From Rhodosorus marinus CCMP1338 (taxonomy: Eukaryota > Plantae > Rhodophyta): a stretch of DNA of 64,000 nucleotides. The translations under genes and the position numbers were made by a program. The stretch spans positions 124,001-188,000 of the forward strand of contig JAMWBK010000010.1 of assembly GCA_029953675.1 (NCBI GenBank), read 5' to 3'. This document shows positions 13,160 to 23,429 of the stretch, piece after piece (within the stretch, counting starts at the first letter, position 1; every line of letters begins with the position of its first letter). The notes below the pieces were generated by a model that was given only the letters and a program-made list of their open reading frames with translations, ran no database searches and was not told where the DNA came from.

Positions 13160-13445
13160 CAGGAAGAAGACGACTTCTGTACACTGAGCGCGTTCAGGAT
13201 TTTTAAGAGGGTTTGGACTTTGGTTCTACCCCCGCAACTACGCTGAAGATGTTATCAAAGCTACTGGCTGAGTTCAGAGACATATAGTCTGGAGCGAAGC
13301 ACTGTTGATGTTTCTAAACATGTCCTTACTGGACGTAGCTAGTTCGTTCGCGAGGAAGACTTCCGTACAGTGAGCATGTTCTGGATTTTAGAAGACTTTG
13401 ACTGCGGGTTTGCCCCTGCCAACTAGGCTGAAGAGGCGTGGACGA
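13160..13445. repeat. Degenerate direct duplication (~95 bp aligned, ~190 bp period) in a decayed coding-like segment
   Basis: 13160 GGAAGAAGACGACTTCTGTACACTGAGCGCGTTCAGGATTTT...CCGCAACTACGCTGAAGA versus ~13352 GGAAGACTTCCGTACAGTGAGCATGTTCTGGATTTT...CTGCCAACTAGGCTGAAGA. Confidence 0.6.
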
Positions 13446-13729
13446 GCTGCAGGCTGAGATAAGAGACAGGTAGTCTGGGCTTGGCTTCGGAACGAAGTAC
13501 TATTGTATTTCTAAAATTGCCCTTTTTGGACACAACTATTTCCTCAAAAGTGTTTGGCAGCATTAGCGTACTATCCCAACTCGTCTCGGCATAGTAGTGA
13601 CGGTCTTGGAGGACAATGAATCGCACGCGGTGCGACGAGATGATGTTTTGGTTTACATCGGGCAATCTAGTTCTTCTCAGCAATATCATTTTCCGTCAAA
13701 GAACTGTTTTCTTTGGACCTGCATCTAAC

Positions 13730-13819
13730 CCGAGGAGGAGCACGCGAACGACAGGGTTGGAACGCAACCGTTCTCCGCCGAGGAGGAGCATGGGAACGAC
13801 AAGGTTGCTGCGCAACCAT
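13730..13819. repeat. 90-bp inverted copy of BIO2 coding sequence 14319-14408
   Basis: The reverse complement of 14319-14408 matches with one mismatch. Confidence 0.97.
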
Positions 13820-14108
13820 CAAGGTGTCGCTCTCGATCCAAGGGGCCCTCGACCGCTTTGTTTAGCAATCTGGTTCATCCCAGGCTGGCATGAGATACCC
13901 AATGCCAAATTGAAAACATTGCTTGGCGCTGCCTGCCAGCGCGCCGGGTTTAATCTTGGCTGCACGAGGATCAGCTCAGCATCAAAGGATCGAAGTTGAT
14001 GTAGGCTTTTATAAATTTTTCTGTTGAGACGCATGCACTCATTTCTTGTCGAGGTCGACAGCAACGCACAAAGCACCCATCAACAGGAAGAACTCTCAAG
14101 AAAAGTTC

Positions 14109-15551
14109 TCATAGCGTTTGAGAGTACAACTTCCGCATGTGTTTGGGGCTCAGCTTCGAGGGGTCGTTGCTCGAAGCGGAGCTCCGGGAATCACGGACCA
14201 ATGCTGACTCTTCTAGCGCGCTCTTTTCTCTGCAAATAGAAAACGTAAAATGGTCGCCCCAGGAGAGCGGCCTACCGAGCTGCAACATTCTGCTTCACGT
14301 ATTCCTCCTCGGCGAAGAATGGTTGCGCAGCAACCTTGTCGTTCCCATGCTCCTCCTCGGCGGAGAACGGTTGCGTTCCAACCCCGTCGTTCGCGTGCTC
14401 CTCCTCGGCAAATACTGGAGGCTTTCCTCGGATCCCCAAGGTTTCGAAAAGCACCTTGTCCTCGTCCATGTCGGAGTTGGGGGTGGTGAGAAGCTTGTCA
14501 CCGGTAAAGATACTATTAGCGCCAGCGAAGAAACAAAGGGCCTGTTCCGAGGGACTCAACGACACCCTTCCAGCGCTCAGGCGAACCATGCTCGCCGGCA
14601 TGATAATTCTGGCGGTAGCGATCATCCTACAGAGATCCCAGACCTTGCCCAACAGGAGTAAGCGCAACTCAGCGTCAGTAACGAGGAAAACAAGGTGGGC
14701 CTGAAGACCTTGACGTAAAATCGTAGAAAATTGAGCAAACTCACAGGTAGAGGTTTCGTGCCTTCCAAGGGAGTACCCTCATTCACAACGAGCGCATTTA
14801 CTGGAACGCTTTCTGGATGGTTCGGAAGAGTCGCAAGGGTGTGGATCATTGAAACTCTGTCTTGATGTGATTCACCAAGACCAATGATTCCGCCACAACA
14901 GACAGAAAGCCCTGCATCTCGAACATTCTGAAGGGTTTGAAGACGGTCGTCATAGTTTCGGGTTGTAATGACCTTGGGGTAAAACTCTCTAGAGGTGTCG
15001 AGGTTGTGGTTGTAGGCAGTCAGACCGGCCTCCTTGAGCATTCTCGCCTGCTCAGCATTGACCAGGCCCAATGTGGCGCATACTTCGAGTCCCATTTCCC
15101 GAACTCCCGTGACCATGTCGAGCACCCTCTGGAACTGCCTTGGGCCCACTTGCGACGCTCCTCGCCAAGCGGCACCCATGCAGAACCTCGTTGAGCCTGC
15201 GTCCTTGGCCTTCTTGGCCTGCGCCAGAACGTCATCGACTTGCATGAGCACCTCGGCCTTCACGCTAGTCTTATACTTGGAGGACTGTGAACAGTATTTG
15301 CAGTCCTCAGGACAACCCCCGGTTTTTATGCTAAGCAAAGTACACTTCTGAACCTCCTGAGGATTAAAGTTTTCCCTATGCGCAGTCGCACCCTGATACA
15401 TCAACTCAAGCAGATTCTGGCTATACACCCTCCGAACTTCATCCAAGGTCCAGTCTCGTCGAACTGGGAAACGTCCCCCGTGAGACCCATTCATGCCATT
15501 CAAGCTACTCATGAATCGCCTTATCGTCCTCTCAACCCTCACAATCCTCAT
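14109..15551 (-). CDS. BIO2: Biotin synthase, mitochondrial, with a repetitive C-terminal extension
   Basis: Radical-SAM motif [13 protein letters not shown], plus YNHNLDTS and PESVPVN. Intron 14644-14744 joins to [16 protein letters not shown]...RLSAGR...[14 protein letters not shown]. Arg-rich presequence. The end is either the TAG at 14272 or, via a 46-nt intron (14230-14275), the TGA at 14109. Confidence 0.95.
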
Positions 15552-16147
15552 TGTCGCCAATTACCACAACTACCGAATCCAATATACGTGAGACGAGCGC
15601 ACCTCTTTCTCCACCCCCGTCCCCAACCCTAATCCCTTCCGTCGCCACTCCCGCACAAGATCCTCCGCCAACACCAACCGATCACTCCCTGCCAACTCAA
15701 CCAAGAAGGCTCGGAATCTCTTCCTCCCTTTGCTTCAACCACTTTTCGTACCAACTAGAACGATTATCAACAATAGATCTTACTAACATCTGCTCACTCT
15801 CAACTCAGTCCAAGCCCAAACCATCCCATCGTTCAGGATATCAAACAACCCTACCAAACGGCCATCCATAGAGCGCTCCAAATACCTCCTCATCATTGTC
15901 ACACCACCCGAAATATCTCAAAGCAGTCAAACCTTCAAGAAAATTAAACAAATATAAATAAAATTTGTTTATTTGGTTGTAGCCCAGAGTAAGTCTAGAT
16001 CTATACACAAAATTCTATTTTGCGCTCGAATGCGGTGAAATATTGAAAAATGGGAACACCTCCTCTGAAGCGGGTGAAGTGAAAAACGAAACCCAACAGA
16101 GTCTACGGATGGTGGTTTGTCCCGTGGTTGGTTTGTATAGGACGGGT

Positions 16148-17056
16148 ACGGACGGTCTGCTTTTCTAACACACGCAGATTGGCGATGGGCATAAAAAGTG
16201 TCTATGACTCATAGTACGAGAACAGGTCGGTCTACCGATCGCGCACCTATCAGAGAGACATTCGGATCCAACTTTCATCGAACAAAAAAGAGTCGGACGG
16301 TCTGCTTTTCTAACAGCAGATTGGCGATGAGCATAAAAAGTGTCTATGACTCATAGTACGAGAACAGGTCGGTCTACCGATCGCGCACCTATCGGAAAGA
16401 CATTCGGATCCAACTTTCATCTAACGAAAAAGAGTCGGACGGTCTGCTTTTCTAACAGCAGACTGGCGATGGGCATAAAAAGTGTCTATGACTCATAGTA
16501 CGAGAACAGGTCGGTCTACCGATCGCGCACCTATCGGAAAGACATTCGGATCCAACTTTCATCTACGAAAAAGAGTCGGACGGTCTGCTTTTCTAACAGC
16601 AGATTGGCGATGGGCATAAAAAGTGTCTATGACTCATAGTACGAGAACAGGTCGGTCTACCGATCGCGCACCTATCGGAAAGACATTCGGATCCAACTTT
16701 CATCTAACGAAACGAGTCGGACGGTCTGCTTTTCTAACAGCAGATTGGCGATGGGCATTAAAGAGTGTCTATGACTCATAGTACGAGAACAGGTCGGTCT
16801 ACCGATCGCGCACCCATCGGAGAGTCATTCGGATCCAACTTTCATCTAACGAAAAAGATTCTACCGATCGCGCCTCTATCCGAGAGACATTCGGATCCAA
16901 CATTCATCTAACGAAAAAGAGTCGGACGGTCTGCTTTTCTAACGGCAGATTGGCGATGGGCATTAAAAGTGTCCATGACTCATAGTACGAGAACATATCT
17001 ATCTACCGATCGCGCCTCTCTATCGGAGAGACATTCGGATCCAACATTCATCTAAC
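16148..17056. repeat. Tandem array of a ~142-bp unit, 6 full copies plus 1 partial
   Basis: GGACGGTCTGC recurs at 16150, 16295, 16437, 16578, 16719 and 16924, with a ~61-nt partial unit near 16861. Units are near-identical and there are no unique spacers. Confidence 0.98.
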
Positions 17057-17489
17057 AAGTCATCTTCTACATTGCATTGAACATTGCAAGCTGACCCTGC
17101 CCCCTTCCGCCCCCCCTCTGCGTCCCCCCCCCCTCGCGGAATTAGGACATAATTTAATCTGAAATACATCAATAAACATCAAGAATCCCATTCTTTTATA
17201 TAATCATATGAAATTTATAGTATCATATGAAGATATCTACAGGTATAGTTAATAAATTTCGAGACTACCATAAAAATATATAAAGTTCTGAGAATATGGT
17301 TCGTGCATAATATTAAAAAATTATTTCCAGCTTTGACGGTCGATCTTGTTTCGTTCAATATTGTCCCTGATGGATCTACAATTAGAAAAATGGAGCGTTT
17401 TTATTGAAACAAAAATTTAGTGCATTTATGGAGGTTGGAGATATGAATCTGGTTCGTTAACGTCGAAGTGATTGAAATAGGTGGCAATC

Positions 17490-18111
17490 GCCTGCACCTA
17501 CTGGCAAGCTACGGTGCGATGAAGGTGGGGGTTTCGCGCTCGGCGTCACACGCGGATAAGCCGTCTTTTCTTCAGGAATCTGCGCCCAGTACTACGTGCA
17601 GGGGGGAATCGCATCGCGAAGGAACAACCCATCCAGTTTGCGCCGTGCGTCAGTAGGAATCACACCACTGAGGATTGTACGGCGGGAGCGCGCACAGTCG
17701 CGGATCTCGTCCTGGAGGATGCCAACGGGCTGCGAAACACGTTTTTGGACCTAAAGCTCCCTTGCTCTCTCGTGGGCCGGTACCTGCCTGCCGCCTCCCC
17801 CGTCGTAGGGGCGCCGCTGCGAAGACTATGCGAAGGCATAAGGAGCTAGTGTACACTGAGCTACTAAGCAACGTTTGCCGTCTGCGCTCGCTTATCGGGT
17901 CGTTCCACTTGTCATCGAGGTCCTTGGATTTGTAGATAGCGCTGGGGGTGCTTGGTTGCCGGGGTGTTACCGCGACCGTCCTGATGCTCTCTCCCGACTG
18001 TATGTTTCTTTGAGTCTGACTCTCCGGCGCTGTAATGCTACCCTAGTTTTGGAAGCGCGCTCTCTACGCCCTCCTAGAGTACCTCATTCGGGGACCTTAG
18101 CCTCCGATTAA
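17490..18111 (+). mobile_element. 5'-truncated, frameshifted CRE/R2-type non-LTR retrotransposon 3' end (RLE endonuclease)
   Basis: Joining frames gives HLLA..., GFRARRHTRIS...LRAGGNRIAKEQP, VADLVL...FLDLK (PD..D), GAAAKTMRRHKELVY (KxxxY), YRVVPLVIEVLG and SLSLTLRRCNA, the ordered RLE motifs of CRE-clade elements. Confidence 0.75.
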
Positions 18112-18128
18112 AATGATCATGAATATAA

Positions 18129-19260
18129 AAGGTTGGAGCACCCCTCGGTAGGGAAGGAAGAGGGAGGGAGCGCCCAAGGAGCGGTGGATCTTCACACCAA
18201 ATACGGAACGCAGCTTACTCTCAACAAGACAGATTACTAAAAGGCCCGTTTACGTAGCATGTAAACACTCTTGATCCTTCTTTACTGACTTCCAAAGATG
18301 TACGATTCGTTGGGCCAAGGTCAATCCTTTTTCCATTAATTTATTCGCGCTGACCACGCGCCGCCTCTTAGGGAACATGTCGCGGGTGAGCGTAAGCTGT
18401 GTTCCGTGTTTGGTGTGAAGATCCACCGCTCCTTGGGCGTCTAACTTCCTCTTTCTTCCATCACCGAGGGTTATTCAAACCTTCGGGATTGCTGTCATGG
18501 TGCTGAAAGCGTCCCTTTCGCGAACGCTTGATCGGTCGCACCAGCAAGAAAAGAAAACCAAAAGAGAGGTTCAAGGGAGGAGCGGGAAAGCCTTTCGAAA
18601 ACCTGGCAGCAACTCAAGCGAGCAAGAAGATGCATAGGTTAAAGTGCTACTATAAGCGTCCGAGTGCTTTCTCCCGGCCTCATCTGCCGTCGGTAGACTC
18701 TTGCCTAACCGGTGTCCGCGCTTTCCGCGGTCGTCGTATCATAGCTTTCTCGAAGTTCGTTCCATTGATACTTCGGGTTGTCTCCTGCGATTTTGGTCAG
18801 CGGGGGCACTTCAAGAACGAATGTCTCGAACCAGAAGAGCAGCCGACGAAGAAGTTCCAGGTCAGTATCGTGAAGGACACAGAAAACACAACATACTTCT
18901 TCTTAGCCAGTGTTGGTGTTCTTGCCAGCTTCCGGCATAATCTTCAAGACTTCTGCAGAGCATTAACCATGAGATTTTGGGGTCTCTCCATGTGTTGAGG
19001 AGGAAATCCTTAAATTCTGGTCAATGCTCGAGAGTTTTTCTCATTGTTCTCAGTCTTTCTGGATCCGTCCGAGCCTGGACGTAGATTTCTCGTATCTCGG
19101 CGAACTCCTTGTCAAGCCAGGATATCCATGTGCGAGCGCTTTCTCCCGGCCTCATCTTCCGTCGGTAGACTCTTGCCCAAACGATGTCCGCGCTCTCTGC
19201 GGTAGTCGTATCATACCTTTCTCGGAGTTCGTTTCATTGATCTTTCGGGTTGTTTCGTTT
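18129..19260 (-). mobile_element. Decayed, internally rearranged Ty1/copia gag-pol remnant
   Basis: Minus 19260-18900: NELRERYD...RKMRPGESARTWI..LDKEFAEI (UBN2/gag_2-like, with stops). Minus 18510-18250: ITLGDG...QGAVDLHTKHGTQLTL...VVSANKLMEKG (copia protease-region beta-barrel). The Zn-knuckle region lies on the plus strand at 18520-18895. Confidence 0.8.
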
Positions 19261-19469
19261 TGTTACTGAAGACAAGAGAAGGGGGAAAACGGAAACCAGC
19301 GGTGCTCGGCTGAAAGGGATCAGCGAGCTATAGGGACCTGAAGTTACCGTAAGCCTTACTGGGCAGCTGCCTACTGCAGCGCAACACTAATTCTACTACT
19401 ATCTAAGGGAAAAAGTTACGGTAACCCCGCTACCGGGGTCTCATGCTACGTTCAAAGAAACAGCAGGAA

Positions 19470-19930
19470 CCAATGGATTCGCCAACTGGTCCACTCGCAG
19501 AGCGCCTACGCAATCTCTGCGTTACCTTGCCGAAGCTTCCGGTTCATCTGAGCCCGCACGTCGCTCAGCTCGGCACTCCGGTGCAATAAATGCTTGCAAC
19601 TATCCCGCAGGAATTCCTGTGCATTATGGTCCTGTTCGCCCAAAACTCTCGATCGCGATCGGGATGAACTTGTCGTCTGGTTTCTCAACCGACATTGCTT
19701 CTTAGTAATGTGGCAGCTTCCAGCTCTCAGTAGCCTTAGCAGGATGTTGAAGATGTCGATCTCCAATGCAAACTCGAGGCAGAGATATTGCGATGGGCCC
19801 TCTGCGAGTAGACCAGTTGGCGAATCCATATGGGAGCGAGAACGGGTACGCGGCGAAGGTAGCTGAGAACTGGAAACTGGCACACTACAAAGAAGCGATG
19901 TCGGTTGAGAAACCAGACGACAAGTTGAGA
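19470..19930. mobile_element. Second CRE-type RLE remnant, present as opposed overlapping fragments
   Basis: Minus 19737-19506: KLPHY*EAM...FIPIAIESFGR...AQEFL...KLRQGNAEIA*. Plus 19766-19926: GRDIA...VDQLANPY...GYAAKVAENWKLAHYKEAM. Confidence 0.72.
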
Positions 19931-20637
19931 CCATATAGCCAAAAAACAAAACCTTTCTTGTAACCTTTCCCAAACATCGGCACCACCCTGACTCCATAAA
20001 ACAAATGCGTTCATTAGGCACTCAAATCGTTCGCACCCACCATCCACCTTGAACGGTCCTCATTCACCCAACCCTTTTGTATAGTGTTTATCCTCTATGC
20101 TACCAATATTATCTTCTACTACTACGGTAAGCTTTCTACCCCCTCGGCTAAATGCCGAAATGAATACCTTTCACCCTCCCCCCTCCTTTTCAATGCTTAA
20201 AAAACAACCAAAAAACTCCAAAATAGGAAACACGCACAGCCTTCAATAATATAATCCAACATATCATCAGTCCAAACATAGAATTTGGAGATTTACAAAA
20301 ATTCTAGGTATTCGGTTATTATATTTAAACGAAACATAAAAGTGAGTACTGCATAATTCAATTATTTTCTGACCACATTGTTGAGTCAATGAATCAATCA
20401 AATAGATCTTATTGACTGATAACTCTGATTATTCGCAAAATTCAAGAGCATGAGATCGGGATGGGGGGCGGGCAACGGTCGACGAGAAAAACGGTCACTG
20501 GGACATTTCTGTCCCAACTGCGGGTTTGGGCTTCCCCGGCACGCGCACCTCCAGTCGGGCGAATTTCGATTATTTTAAGAAGGGTTTTCGATTTGCTCGC
20601 AAGGGCGCCTAGACTTGGCGACATCGCAAAAAAAAAA

Positions 20638-20689
20638 GCAGGATGTTGAAGATGTCGATCTCCAATGGCAACTCGAGGCAGAGATATTG
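20638..20689 (+). repeat. 52-bp direct copy of 19739-19790, preceded by A10
   Basis: GCAGGATGTTGAAGATGTCGATCTCCAATG..AACTCGAGGCAGAGATATTG, 50/52 identical. Confidence 0.95.
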
Positions 20690-21746
20690 TCATGACGTGG
20701 TGTGTGTGAGTTTTTCCACGACCACCGGATTTTTTGCCGCGGTATTCTTATGAGCTCAAATTTTCACGCTCCGTTGCCGCGCTTGAAAGACGGCTGAGCT
20801 TAAATTCAAGCGATTTCGATTTGTTTACGTACGGAGTTTTCAGAAGGGCTCTACGAGCAAATTGGGGAATGTGAATTCTTGAATCTGCTCATTAGTTGAA
20901 AAAGATCAATGCAGCAAACAACAGGTCCTTGGGGACTGTCCTGCCATCGCAGCAATCTCACAGACCTAGGCTGAAGAACCAAAACCGGTTTTTGGCGTAC
21001 TACAAAAGTCAAATACCGCGGACTTGGTTCTGCCGGCACACATCTTCCAAAGGCTTTCGAGAAATACAACTCCCAGCCATTTTTGAAACCGGGCCAGGTG
21101 AGTTGCTCTTCGAATTCTCTTTCGACCCCAAGTCCCACCAGCTCCGCTTGTTCTCGAGGATGTCGAGTTGTGCGCGACAGCGAGGGAGCAAACACAATCG
21201 TTCTCCGTGGTCGCTTGTCCTGGGCTCGTCGACCCACAGACAAGCGATCTCAAAATGCAGTTGGACAGTCAGCGCAGTTTCCAATCTAAATCTGCATGCA
21301 GGAGTCTTCTTCGAGTTGGGAGATTTGATAAAATTTAATCTTGTGCTCGCTTGCTCTTGGCCCGAATATAGAACTACGAAGAATCCTTACGGTGCAAGAC
21401 ACAAAGAGGTTTAGAACTCATATCTGTACACAACTTCATTTCCTCCAGATAACAGTTGACGAAGGCAAGAAGGAATAAGAGGGACGGAAAACAACTATCC
21501 TTCCTGAACAAAAAAAAGCCTTCTGCGGCAGCATACAAAAAAAAAGAGAAACGAAACGCGGGGGTATATCTCTCCAACCGTCACGCATACCAAGCAAAAA
21601 TCTGCTCAACAGGGTATGAGCGAAGGAAGACGAAGGAAAGACATCCTGCTTACAGGATCAACCTAAAAGATATGTACGCACTGCAAACCAAGAGTCTAGT
21701 CCGCGGCTTCGCGATGCAAAGAACAACTCGAGGCCGTATGGTCAAC

Positions 21747-23206
21747 TCAGAGCGATTGCTTCCCGGGAGAGAGAGTTTTCTGCTGTGGGGAGTCGATCAC
21801 AAAGCCGAACGAACCGTCCTGGGCACAGCCATCCTCATCGTCGCTGCTGCTGACGCTCGGCATGGATACATTATCATCCTTGTCTTTCCTCTCCTCCTGC
21901 TGTACGTAGGTGAACACCAATCCAGCCGCAAGTCCCATTGAAATACCCACCCATCCAGCGACACTAATCTGGGTGTCGAAGATGAGGTAGCCCAGCAGCA
22001 CAAGAGGGATCTTCGTCGAGGCGCCGACGAACGACACATAGGACCCCCTAGTAACCGAAGTTGCCCAGTACATACAGAAGCTTATGAGGCAACCCATCAC
22101 GCCGCTCCCGAAGAACAACATCTATGACAGGCGAAAAAGCACAAACAACATTAGCACAAGGACTTTTTCGGACCCACAACTTGTGATGTACCACCAACAC
22201 CTACCTTGAACGGTGTGGAGAGCTCCACAAATGAAGATTTGAAAGTATTCAATTCTCCAAAGTAGATCGCCATTGGGAAAGTCAGCATTGCCCCAAGAAG
22301 GTTGCCCCATACTGCCTTCTCGGTTACACCCCATTCAGGTGAAATTCCGAATCTGGAAACGGAAGACGGAAGCTTTTGTTCAGACGCGCGGTCGGCTTAT
22401 AAAAGCGTTCTTTCAAAATTCAAAAGAAGCTCTCAGCGAGCTCCCCATGTACACTCCTTCCGGAGCACGAGAACAGACGAGCATCGGTCCTTACCTTAGC
22501 GAGAACAGCTGTGCAATGTTCGTGATTACGGAGCACGTAGCGGAGATGTAGCCAGCGAGGGTGGCTTCAACATCGCTCGTGATGGTTACTGCATTTGACA
22601 TAACCATGAGAAGCAGAGCGAAAAGCATCGATCGGGAGATGCCCTCATGCTTAAATATAGCCTCGCAGACGGTGATACCGAGAGGCGCAAAAGATTTGAA
22701 TATCGTCAGCATCGGAAGTGACATGTAGTGCAACGCGTAGGCGTTCGATACAAGGAACATGGTGAAGAAAATCGACGGTCGAAGAAGCTCGAGAACCAGC
22801 TGGGGATGGGCCCTAAGCGGAACCTACGATACGACGGGGGCCAAAGAGAGCTTGAGACCACATACTTCAATACCGCCTGGACCCGCGGAATCTTCCTCGT
22901 GGAATCGCTTACCTCGTATCCGAATGGTCGCGAAATCAACGCGGCTCCGGCCAATATCACAACCGACATCAGACTTTGGATGCTGATCGTCATCCATGGA
23001 TAATGAAATGTAGCGGCAGAGAACACCGCCTTATTTGCTACGTTCAGCGTAATAGAGCAGAACGCATAGCATGCGAGGGCAATCACGGGTTCCCACTTTA
23101 GGAACTGCAACCGTCCTCCAAACGACACTGGAGCCCATTTCTTCCGTCTCCACTTGCCACTCGCTTTTCTTCCACTCTTTCCATCCATAACCGCAGAATT
23201 TGACAT
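21747..23206 (-). CDS. Golgi nucleotide-sugar (GDP-mannose-type, GONST/VRG4-like) transporter, ~4 exons
   Basis: YAFCSITLNVANKAVFS, YMSLPMLTIFKSFAPL...E, and YVSFVGASTKIPLVLLGYLIFD...GISMGLAAGLVFTY, with multiple TM helices. Confidence 0.85.
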
Positions 23207-23429
23207 CTCTGCAAACGACCAATTACCGCACTCTCACAAGGTCTCTCTGGTTACCAATCCCAACACCCGTTCCCACCCAACGTAAGCGCAACAACCGTCC
23301 CAACTCTCTCCCTACTATATATCGCTACCTTCCACTCTTAGATACAAGTTCATCTAAACGGACACCGGCCTTCGTATAAGTCACAGCTTCTGCTCCAAGA
23401 TCCTTTTCTATACAGACCACTCCACACTA

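Noticed and set aside
16148-17056. CRISPR array, or hammerhead ribozyme repeats (CTATGA-CTC..GAG-AAC resembles the core)
   Set aside because: There are no unique spacers and no cas genes. The core lacks the invariant CUGANGA and GAAA on either strand.
20851-21243. ORF with the WW-like half motif GWELYFSKAFGR
   Set aside because: The second half of a WW domain could not be reconstructed with any plausible splice.
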